Part shown: positions 17,056 to 24,998 of the stretch, in pieces
Position numbering within the stretch: the first letter of the stretch is position 1
Layout: each line of letters starts with the position of its first letter
Assembly (NCBI GenBank): GCA_052139675.1
Contig: JBKQWE010000026.1
Span: forward strand, 2,703-66,702
Source of the DNA: Candidatus Brocadiia bacterium
Lineage (GTDB): Bacteria; Planctomycetota; Brocadiia; CAIUPP01
Length of the DNA: 64,000 nucleotides
Reading direction: 5' to 3'
Notes under the pieces: model-generated
Database searches by the model: none
What the model was told of the DNA's origin: nothing
What the model saw: only the letters and a program-made list of their open reading frames with translations
Made by a program: the position numbers and the translations under genes

Positions 17056-19488
17056 TCAAGCGTCCCGCCGACGCCTCCGCGCCCGCATGTGCGATAAAAT
17101 CAGCAGCGCGACCGCGAGGCATCCGGCCGCGCTCACGGCCGCGCCAAAGCGGAAGCTCGCGGGCCTGTAAAGGAACCGGATTTCATGCGCGCCTTCGGGA
17201 ACCGCCACTGCGCGCATGACGTAATTCGCCTCCAGGATTTTCGCCGGGCGGCCGTCCACCGTCGCCTGCCAGCCCGGGTAGAAAAGGTCGCTCAGCACCA
17301 GCAGCGCCGGCGCGGCGGCCCGGACTTGGATGTCCACGCGCGCCGGCTCGTACCGCACGATCTCCGGCGCGGCCTCCGCCGCCGGCGGTTCGGCGATGGC
17401 GCAGCCGGGATCCTCCTCGAAGAGGGCCATTTTCCTGTAATCGAACCGCGAGAGCAGCGCCAGCACGTCCATGCTGTCGCGTCTCACGGCATAGTGATGG
17501 ACCAGCCAGGCGCGCGGCCAGGGATTGGGCATTTCGTCAATCCGGATCTGCGAATCCTGGTAGATTGTGCGGAGGCCCTCGATCGGCAGCTTCGGGCCGG
17601 AAGCGTACGCGACGATGTAGCGCAGGTCGAGCATCCGCAACGGCGCCTGGAAGCTGTAAATGGAATAGGGGCTGAGCAGCCCGCGCTTCATCTGATCGTA
17701 GAATTCCTTGCCCTGCAGCGACCAGAAGACGTCGTGGAACCGCGCCGGGGCATTCGGCTGAACGCCCTCGATGCAGGCGAGACGGTGCCTCATGCCCTCG
17801 CACGGCGGCAGCTCGAAGCAGCCGCCGCGCCAGAAGCGGAACGGTTCCGGCCTGGTCGCGAGGAACTCCAGGGCGCCCGGCGAGAGATCGTCCTCGCGCG
17901 GGTCGAAGGTCGCCAGGTATCGCTCTCCGAAACTCCAGGCGTCCATCGCCACCAGCAGCAGCAGCGCCGCGGCGATCCAGCCCGATTTAACCCGTGCCGA
18001 CCGCGCGATCCGGATCAGGGCCGCCAGCGCGCCGAGGAAGAGTCCTCCCAGCAGCACGCTCACCCCGGCGACCTCCATCGCCGCCAGCTTGAAGTCCGCC
18101 GTCGGCGTCCATCCGTGAAGATACACGCGCTCACTGGGCGCGACATTGAGCATGGCGTCCATGAATCCCATCCATGCCGCCCGGCCGAACCCGACTCCCG
18201 AACACAGCGCCCCGCCGGCGAGCATCAGCAGCATCGCCAGGCAAGCCAATATCCACATCCCGCGACCGTCAGCCCGCGCGATGCCTGGCTCCGGCTCCGC
18301 AGCCGATGCCGCGATGCCGTCCGCGCCGAGGCCCGCCAAGAGGCCAATGAAGAGACTGGCCGGACACAGCCATCGCGCCTGCGCCCGGAACAGGTCGAAG
18401 CCCGGGAGCAGCCCGAAAAACAACGCATCCCCGGTCATGGCCAGCAGCAGGCAGATCAGCGCGATGCAGCCGGGCAGGAACGCCCTTCCGCGCCTGCCGC
18501 GGAGAAGCGCGATGAACGCCAACCCGATCGCGACGACGCCGACATACGGCGACATCTCCCAGATGTTCCATCGTCCCCAGTACCGCACGCCGACGTCGTT
18601 CCCGAAAATGTCCGGCACGAGGAAGCTCATCAGCCCTTCCGGCACGAACGCGTACTGCCTGACCCAGCCGTAGCTGAGCTGGCCCCGGCGCGCGGAGGCG
18701 GAGAAGAGTTCCAGCGCCGGCATCAACTGCACGCCCGCCAGCGCCGACCCGAGCACGTAGATCAGCGCGAAGCTTCCGACGACCCGCGCCGCGCCGCGCA
18801 AGCCGAGTTCGGGCCGCTGCCACAGCCGACCGCCCAGGTACAGCACGGCGGCGAGCCCGCCGTAGAAGGCGTATTGCGGATTTCCGCCGAACCACTCCAT
18901 CGCCACTGCCGCCGCGCCGAGCGCGATCGCGAGCGGATGAGAGTCACCGCTGACGAGCATCTCCACGCAGAGCAGGACGCACGGAATCCACGGCATCATC
19001 GCCAGGAAGTCCCAATGCCCCGCGTAAACGTGCAGGATCTGCGGCGCGCCGAATACGTACGTTGCCGCGGCGACGACTGCGCCGACCCACCTCAGCCCGA
19101 ACCGCCGCGCCCAGAGATACGTGAAGAGGCCCGACAGAAACAGGTTGAGGATGATCCCCAGGTTGATCGCGAGGCACAGCGGCAGCACGGCGCAAAACCA
19201 GTTCGTCGGGTAGAACATCGCCGATTGCAGGCTGGCGACGAAGGGCATCCCGAGAAATTCGTATGGGTTCCAGAGCGGGAACCGCCCGGCGCGGACCTCG
19301 CCGAAGCCGTACGCGCGCGCGCCGTAGAACCAGTTCTGCGCATCCGAGCCGGCCAGCCCCAGGCATCGTTCGCCCGACTGCGCCAGCACGCCGGAAAAGA
19401 AGATCAGCAGGAAAATGAGGAAACCGGCCAGGACATAGCAGTCCCGGCGGTCCAGCTTAGAATAACCGCTCGCGGAAAGTGGAGGCAC
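17056..19488 (-). CDS. YfhO-family polytopic membrane protein (GT-C-like glycosyltransferase)
   Basis: About 13 predicted transmembrane segments, then a C-terminal periplasmic domain ending in DLFYPGWQATVDGRPAKILEANYVMRAVAVPEGAHEIRFLY, the YfhO hallmark. Confidence 0.65.
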   Translation of the reverse strand: MPPLSASGYSKLDRRDCYVLAGFLIFLLIFFSGVLAQSGERCLGLAGSDAQNWFYGARAYGFGEVRAGRFPLWNPYEFLGMPFVASLQSAMFYPTNWFCAVLPLCLAINLGIILNLFLSGLFTYLWARRFGLRWVGAVVAAATYVFGAPQILHVYAGHWDFLAMMPWIPCVLLCVEMLVSGDSHPLAIALGAAAVAMEWFGGNPQYAFYGGLAAVLYLGGRLWQRPELGLRGAARVVGSFALIYVLGSALAGVQLMPALELFSASARRGQLSYGWVRQYAFVPEGLMSFLVPDIFGNDVGVRYWGRWNIWEMSPYVGVVAIGLAFIALLRGRRGRAFLPGCIALICLLLAMTGDALFFGLLPGFDLFRAQARWLCPASLFIGLLAGLGADGIAASAAEPEPGIARADGRGMWILACLAMLLMLAGGALCSGVGFGRAAWMGFMDAMLNVAPSERVYLHGWTPTADFKLAAMEVAGVSVLLGGLFLGALAALIRIARSARVKSGWIAAALLLLVAMDAWSFGERYLATFDPREDDLSPGALEFLATRPEPFRFWRGGCFELPPCEGMRHRLACIEGVQPNAPARFHDVFWSLQGKEFYDQMKRGLLSPYSIYSFQAPLRMLDLRYIVAYASGPKLPIEGLRTIYQDSQIRIDEMPNPWPRAWLVHHYAVRRDSMDVLALLSRFDYRKMALFEEDPGCAIAEPPAAEAAPEIVRYEPARVDIQVRAAAPALLVLSDLFYPGWQATVDGRPAKILEANYVMRAVAVPEGAHEIRFLYRPASFRFGAAVSAAGCLAVALLILSHMRARRRRRDA

Positions 19489-19593
19489 GGTACCTGGTCC
19501 GGGTGGCTAGGAACGTAAAACTCGGCGACCGTTTGCAGGACTCTACCACGAGGCGCTGACAACCGCAACAGGGCCCGCCCGAGGCGGAAATTC

Positions 19594-19622
19594 TTGACAC
19601 TTCGCATGCGCGGGGTTATATA
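19594..19622 (+). promoter_or_regulatory. sigma70-type promoter: TTGACA - 17 nt - TATATA, upstream of the 19663 CDS
   Basis: Perfect -35 hexamer at 19594-19599, a 17-nt spacer, and TATATA at 19617-19622. GGAGA ribosome-binding site at 19652-19656, ATG at 19663. Confidence 0.5.
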
Positions 19623-19662
19623 GGCGCGGGAATCCGCCTGAGTGTTTCCCTTGGAGATTCGC

Positions 19663-21135
19663 ATGGCTGAGTCCTTCGCCGAGAAGCTCCGCAAGCTGGA
19701 AATCATCGTGGAAAATGCGCCCGCGATCGAGAGGCGCTACGGCATCTCGCGCGAGGAGTTCGTCGCCCGTCGCCGGACGGTCTGGCGAGCCGTCCAGGCC
19801 GAGGCCGCCGTTGACGTGGCCTTCGCCTTCTCCGACGAGCACTACAGCGGCGAGGTCCCCTATCTCGGCGGGAACACCAATTACTCCATTGAACAGGTCG
19901 CCTTCGGCCTCGGCCCCGACGCGTTCCGCTCCGGCATCATCGCCGGCTTCGAGGGCGTCTACGTCGCCGGCCAGCTTGCCCCGCGCGCGGGCGTGGCCGT
20001 CTATCCGACGGAATCGCTCCAACTCGCCGACGAGAAGTACCCGGTCGAAGGCTTCTCCCTCAAGGACATCCTGCACAAAATCGCCGGAAAAGAGCCGCGC
20101 CGCATCGGACTGCTGACGCCGCGCCAGGTCATTCCCGAAGGCGTGGTCGCCCATCTCGAAAGCCTCGTCGGGCCGCAGAACGTCGTGGACGTGCAGCGCC
20201 CCTTCCAACAGGTCAAGAACCTCAAGTCCGATGCGGAGATGAAGCTTCTGGCGGACGCCGCCTATGTCTCTTCGCTGGCATTGCGCGCGATGCTCGCGGT
20301 GGCCGAGCCGGGGATGGACGAGACGCAAGTGGCCGCCTTCGGGGACGTGCTCGCCAAGTGGATGGGTTGCGAGCGCAAAGGGTTCGAGACCATCGTCGGC
20401 TCCGACAGCGCGTGCGTCACCATGATCGGCCCGGCCTTGAACCGACCGATCCAGTCGGGCGCGCCCTTGCACCTGGGCGCCTCCTACAAGCGCGACGGCT
20501 TGACCGCCTGCGTTCGCCGGAGCGTATTTTCTTCCGCCGGCATTCCGCCCTGCCAGGTCTATTTCCGCGACCTGGTCGAGGCCGCCTTCCGCGTGGGATT
20601 CGACGCCTATGTGAAGGTGGTCCGAAATCGCCAGCCCGCCAGGCGCCAGGAGCAGGCCCTGGTGGACTTCTTCAATGAACACACTCACGAAGCTTTAGAG
20701 GTCGTCCGGCGGGAGTTCGGCGAAGACGCGGCCCGGCGAGTCCACGCCCACCTGCACGAGGCGCTCGCCGGCATCGGCCCGGGCCTGTCGAGATTGAAAC
20801 CGTACACCGGCACCCACAATGCCGGCTATACGGAATGCCAGGAGTTCTACGGGGCGATCACCCTCGAATCGGAAAGTCCCCTGGATGAGCAGGTCGTCAC
20901 CATGCTCGACGTGGCTCTCCGCGGCCGCAGCAGCCGATGGACCGGGAGCGAGTTCGAGCCGGTCCTGCCGGGATTCGACTACTGGGTGGTGGAAGACACG
21001 CTGGGCAAGTACGGGACCGCCGTCAGGAACCTGACCGGCGAGCTGCAACCGGATGGAGAACTGGTAGCCGCCGCGGGCCGGATCCCCGTCAACGTTCAGC
21101 CCTTGCTGGGCAACGTCGCGGAATTCGTCCGATAA
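19663..21135 (+). CDS. M24-family (creatinase/prolidase, pita-bread fold) peptidase-like protein
   Basis: Creatinase-N-like N-terminal domain, then SDAEMKLLADAAYVSSLALRAMLAVAEPGMDETQVAAFGD...FETIVGSDSA resembling the start of an M24 catalytic domain. Metal ligands not verified. Start taken at MAESFAEK with a ribosome-binding site rather than the track start at 19642. Confidence 0.45.
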   Translation: MAESFAEKLRKLEIIVENAPAIERRYGISREEFVARRRTVWRAVQAEAAVDVAFAFSDEHYSGEVPYLGGNTNYSIEQVAFGLGPDAFRSGIIAGFEGVYVAGQLAPRAGVAVYPTESLQLADEKYPVEGFSLKDILHKIAGKEPRRIGLLTPRQVIPEGVVAHLESLVGPQNVVDVQRPFQQVKNLKSDAEMKLLADAAYVSSLALRAMLAVAEPGMDETQVAAFGDVLAKWMGCERKGFETIVGSDSACVTMIGPALNRPIQSGAPLHLGASYKRDGLTACVRRSVFSSAGIPPCQVYFRDLVEAAFRVGFDAYVKVVRNRQPARRQEQALVDFFNEHTHEALEVVRREFGEDAARRVHAHLHEALAGIGPGLSRLKPYTGTHNAGYTECQEFYGAITLESESPLDEQVVTMLDVALRGRSSRWTGSEFEPVLPGFDYWVVEDTLGKYGTAVRNLTGELQPDGELVAAAGRIPVNVQPLLGNVAEFVR

Positions 21136-21150
21136 GCCGTCCGCGGTCGC

Positions 21151-22425
21151 TCACCGGCCGGCTTCGGAAGTTCTTCCGTAGCGCGCGACCCATTCCGGCG
21201 TGCCGGCCAGGCCGCCCCAACCGGCCGGATCATGGTTGGCTTCAAAGATCTTCCGCAGCGTCGGGTCATAAGGCGCCAGGGCGGTCCAGAGCACGCCCGG
21301 CCCATTGGCCCATCGCGGGTCGGGCTTTTCGCCGTCAATCCGCTGGAACTTTGCGCCCTTGATTTGCTGGTTCCACATGAAGTCCCGATTGGTGGCGATG
21401 AGGCGGGCGATGTCCTCTTTCGTGAAGACCAGGCCGTGCTCGTACGCCGCCACGATCCCTGCGACATCCGCCGAGTAGTATCCGCCGTTCGGGTGCACGC
21501 CCACCCAGTGCTTGAGAGAGCCATCCGCCTTGTGGTCCCACGGCCCGGCCGGATCCCAGTAGTCCCAGACGAAGTACTTGCCGTCGTCGCGGAGCTTCAT
21601 GCGGGACCTCTGCACGCGCTCCCACTTCTCGGCGCGCTCCAGGTAGATGGCCTTGTGCGTCACGTCGTGCATGGCGAGGAGCCACAGGACGATCTGGTTC
21701 TCCTTGTTATCCGGCAGGGAGATGCCGCCCTTGTTTCTCTCCTCGTATCCCTCGGTCCACTTGCCGGTCTTGGGGTCAAGCCCGACGCGCGGGGTGACGT
21801 AGAGGCCGCCTTCCTTCGTCTCGCGCCAAGCGCCGCGCGCGTCCCATTTCTCGAACGTCCGATCGGAAAGCCGAAGGTATTCCTCGGCCTTGGCGCCGTA
21901 TTTTTCCTTCAGGGCGGGCGTCTTGAGAATCTCGCCGGCCATCAGCACCAGCGGGCGAAGGAACATTTCCTCGCCCAACTGGCTGTCCGTAATGGTGTCG
22001 GCGCCTTCGATGCCGGCCTGGCTTTGCTCGCTCGCGAAGTTCTTGGGCCAGCCGATATAGCCGTCCGGCTCCTTCACGCCGCGCTTGACGACGGAGTCGC
22101 CCCAATCTATCAGCCGGTCCACCCATTCGCGGTCGCCGGTCGCCATGTAGCCGTAGTAGAAGCCGTCGAGGAACGGAGTGACAAGCCAGCCGATCTCCTC
22201 GCCCATTTCCTTGTCGCAATAGCGGTTCCGGCTGTCGCTGATGATGTTCTGCTTCCACCGCTGCATCCACTCCTTGGCGAGCGCCGGATCCATGGCGGGT
22301 CCCGCCGGAGCGGCAATTCCTGCTGCCGCGTCCTTCGTCTGGCCCTGGGCGATCGAAAAGCCGCACGGAAGAATCCACGCGAGGAGCAGCCCGCAGATCG
22401 CGCCGGAATACAGTCTACCTGACAT
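21151..22425 (-). CDS. secreted protein, same uncharacterised family (copy P4; subfamily B)
   Basis: Signal peptide MSGRLYSGAICGLLLAWILPCGFSIAQGQT. Shares WMQRWKQNI...YCD...GEEIGWLV...FYYGYMATGDREWVDRL with P5 and P6. GAAAGGG ribosome-binding site. Confidence 0.7.
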   Translation of the reverse strand: MSGRLYSGAICGLLLAWILPCGFSIAQGQTKDAAAGIAAPAGPAMDPALAKEWMQRWKQNIISDSRNRYCDKEMGEEIGWLVTPFLDGFYYGYMATGDREWVDRLIDWGDSVVKRGVKEPDGYIGWPKNFASEQSQAGIEGADTITDSQLGEEMFLRPLVLMAGEILKTPALKEKYGAKAEEYLRLSDRTFEKWDARGAWRETKEGGLYVTPRVGLDPKTGKWTEGYEERNKGGISLPDNKENQIVLWLLAMHDVTHKAIYLERAEKWERVQRSRMKLRDDGKYFVWDYWDPAGPWDHKADGSLKHWVGVHPNGGYYSADVAGIVAAYEHGLVFTKEDIARLIATNRDFMWNQQIKGAKFQRIDGEKPDPRWANGPGVLWTALAPYDPTLRKIFEANHDPAGWGGLAGTPEWVARYGRTSEAGR

Positions 22426-22495
22426 ATTGGCCCTTTCAAAAGTGCTGAAGACGGAGCAATTTACCTCGGCCTCGAATCCCGCTTAGCTCGTGACG

Positions 22496-22584
22496 CGGTG
22501 TCATTCCGAGCGGAGCGAGGAATCTCACACGCAGCGCATCGCAACGTTCTATGGTGTGAGACCTTTCGCTGCGCTCAAGGTGAC
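22496..22584 (+). repeat. ~90-nt palindromic repeat element, copy A (imperfect ~28-nt inverted arms gtcattccgagcgSagcgaggaatctca / tgagaccYttcgctgcgctcaRgg)
   Basis: Near-identical copy at 43303..43390. Inverted, expanded copy at 62519..62642. The track ORF 22498..22818 (MSFRAERGISH...) is a translation artefact of it. Confidence 0.6.
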
Positions 22585-22663
22585 TTTCATAACGTGTGTA
22601 CTGAACACTACATTACGCTCGTCTGTGAGTATCACAAGGCCGCGACCAAGTCAACCGCCGCCT

Positions 22664-23209
22664 TCACCCCGCGGCCTTTTTCTCGGCCGCCTTCGCGCGG
22701 TACTTCGCCAGCAGCACCGGCACCTGCTCGGGCGTCATGCGGCCGTGGACCTCGTTGTCCACCATCACGACGGGCGCAAGGCCGCAGGTGCCCAGGCAGC
22801 GGGCGGCTTCGAGGGTGAACATGCCGTCCTTGCTCGTCTCGCCGAAGTCCACGCCCAGTTCTGCCTTGAGGCGCGCCGCGATCTCGCTGCCGCCCTTGAC
22901 GTAGCACGCGGTGCCGAGGCATGCATTGATGATGAATTTGCCCGAGGGCCGCAGGCGGAAGAAATGATAGAAACTCGCGACACCCGTCACTTTCGCCGTC
23001 GGTATCTGCAGGAGTTGCGCGACGGCGTCCATCTGCGCGCGGCCGAGGTAGCCGAAGTGCCCCTGCACTTTGTGCAGCACGCTGATCAACTGGCTCTTCG
23101 GTTCGGGGCCGCGGAGCACCTCCTCAATGTACTTGACGATGGGCTCCGGCAGCGCAGCGCGGCTGACTTTTTCGACCTGGCGCCGGTTATCGGTCGAGCT
23201 CTTGATCAT
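22664..23209 (-). CDS. NuoE-like [2Fe-2S] thioredoxin-fold subunit of the hydrogenase (HydC/HndA-type)
   Basis: CxxxxC...CxxxC pattern (NACLGTACYVKG ... CLGTCGLAPVVMV) typical of NuoE / 24-kDa subunits. 4-nt overlap with hydA. Confidence 0.75.
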   Translation of the reverse strand: MIKSSTDNRRQVEKVSRAALPEPIVKYIEEVLRGPEPKSQLISVLHKVQGHFGYLGRAQMDAVAQLLQIPTAKVTGVASFYHFFRLRPSGKFIINACLGTACYVKGGSEIAARLKAELGVDFGETSKDGMFTLEAARCLGTCGLAPVVMVDNEVHGRMTPEQVPVLLAKYRAKAAEKKAAG

Positions 23210-24966
23210 CGGATCCCTCGTGGCAGTTTGGCCGAATAAGTGGTGTGCAGCAGTTCGCGCGCCTTCGGGGAGAAAACTTCGCCGAGGAACTCGCTGTAAA
23301 GCTGCTGGACGGCCGGGTTCTCATGGGAGCGCCGCAAGGTCTTGGCGCCGTCAATCGCGTAGAGCGCACGGGCGCGCGCGGCGAGCAGCGCCGGGTCGAG
23401 CGCCTTCACGCCGCGCGGCGGATAGGGCTGGCCGCCGCCGCCGATGCAGCCGCCGGGGCAGGCCATGAGCTCGATCATGTGGAACTGCTTCTCGCCGCGG
23501 AGGACTTCGTCGAGGATCGTCTTCGCGTTGGTCAGGCCGTTGGCCACGCCGACGCGCAGAAGCTGGTCGCCGATCGCGACGGTTTCCTCGCGAAGCCCTT
23601 CGACCGCGCGGACCTCCTTGAATTCCACCCGGTGCCCGGGCTTGCCGGTGGTGAGTTCCACGGCGGTGCGGAGCGTGGCCTCCATCACGCCGCCGGTGGT
23701 GCCGAAGATGTCCCCCGCGCCGGTGGCGATGCCCAGCGGCGCGTCGAATTCGCCGTCGGGCAAATGGACGAAATCAATGCCGTAGGACTTGATCATCCAG
23801 ATCAGTTCGCGCGTGGTCAGGACGGCGTCGGTATAGGGAACGCCCTGGGCGAAATAGTGCTCGGGCCGGCGCGACTCGTACTTCTTCGCCACGCACGGCA
23901 TGACCGCGACGACGTAGATGTTCGCCGGGTCCAGCCCGGCCTTCTGCGCGTAGTAGGTCTTGATCAGCGCCGACAGCATCATCATCGGCGAGCGGCAGCT
24001 CGAGGCGTTCGGGATCAGCTCGGGATAGAATTTCTCGAGGAAGTTGACCCAGCCGGGCGAGCAGCTCGTCAGCATCGGCAGCGGGCCTTCGCCCTTGAGC
24101 CGGCGGAGGAACTCGTGCGCCTCCTCGACGATCGTCAGGTCGGCGGCCAGGTCGGTGTCGAACACGCGGTCCACGCCGAGCCGCCGCAGCGCCGTGACCA
24201 GCTTGCCGGTGGCCGGCGTGCCCGGCGGCAGCTCGAAACCTTCGCCGACGGCCGCGCGGATCGAGGGCGCGGTCTGGACGACGACGTGCTTCTTCGGGTC
24301 CGCGATGGCCGCGAACACCTCTTCCGTGGCGCGCTTCTCCAGGAACGCCGCGGTCGGGCAGACGTTGATGCACTGCCCGCACTGGATGCAGACCGAGTCG
24401 CGCATCGTGGAGCCGTGCGCGGGCGTGACGACGGCGGAGAAACCGCGCCAGTGGCGGCTGAGGTTGTACACGCCCTGGACTTCGGCGCACACGCGCGTGC
24501 ACCGGCCGCAGAGGACGCACTTCTCGGAATCGCGCACCACCGAGTCGCTCTCGTCCTCGATCGCGAAGCGCTTGCGCTCGCCCTCGAAGAGCCGCTCGCG
24601 GACGCCGAACGCGTAGGCCAGGTTCTGCAGCTCGCAGTTGCCGTCGCGCTCGCAGGTCTGGCAGTCCTTCGGGTGGTTGTCGAGCAGCAGCTCGACGATG
24701 TCGCGCCGCGCCTGCCGGATCTCGGGCGAATTGGTCTGGACGATCATCCCTTCCCAGACCGTCGAGCTGCACGCGGCCATGTAGAAGCCCATGTCCTTCA
24801 CGTCCACGATGCAGACGCGGCATCCGCCGGCCAGGCTCAGGTCGGGATGGTAGCAGAGGCGCGGGATGTGAATCCCCAGCGTCTCGGCCGCCTCCATGAT
24901 CGTGGTGCCTTCCTTGACGGAGATCTTCTGGTCGTCCAGAGTCAGCGAGATCATTTTCTTGCTCAT
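23206..24966 (-). CDS. hydA: [FeFe]-hydrogenase catalytic subunit (M3-type: [2Fe-2S] + His-ligated [4Fe-4S] + 2x[4Fe-4S] ferredoxin + H-cluster domain)
   Basis: True start is ATG 24966 (MSKKMISLTL) with a GGGAGTGG ribosome-binding site. The 301-codon upstream extension in the track is a shadow ORF. H-cluster motifs L2 VMPCVAKKYE and L3 ELMACPGGCIGGGGQP are intact. L1 reads TSCSPGW rather than TSCCPxW. Confidence 0.8.
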   Translation of the reverse strand: MSKKMISLTLDDQKISVKEGTTIMEAAETLGIHIPRLCYHPDLSLAGGCRVCIVDVKDMGFYMAACSSTVWEGMIVQTNSPEIRQARRDIVELLLDNHPKDCQTCERDGNCELQNLAYAFGVRERLFEGERKRFAIEDESDSVVRDSEKCVLCGRCTRVCAEVQGVYNLSRHWRGFSAVVTPAHGSTMRDSVCIQCGQCINVCPTAAFLEKRATEEVFAAIADPKKHVVVQTAPSIRAAVGEGFELPPGTPATGKLVTALRRLGVDRVFDTDLAADLTIVEEAHEFLRRLKGEGPLPMLTSCSPGWVNFLEKFYPELIPNASSCRSPMMMLSALIKTYYAQKAGLDPANIYVVAVMPCVAKKYESRRPEHYFAQGVPYTDAVLTTRELIWMIKSYGIDFVHLPDGEFDAPLGIATGAGDIFGTTGGVMEATLRTAVELTTGKPGHRVEFKEVRAVEGLREETVAIGDQLLRVGVANGLTNAKTILDEVLRGEKQFHMIELMACPGGCIGGGGQPYPPRGVKALDPALLAARARALYAIDGAKTLRRSHENPAVQQLYSEFLGEVFSPKARELLHTTYSAKLPRGIR

Positions 24967-24998
24967 CGTTCCACTCCCAAAGCAGCAACGGCTCGTTG

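Noticed and set aside
22498-22818. 106-aa ORF MSFRAERGISHAAHRN... as a protein-coding gene. The related translation is in the tail of 42559..43575.
   Set aside because: It is the translation of the palindromic repeat element. The same peptide words arise wherever the repeat occurs. It has no ribosome-binding site and is intergenic.
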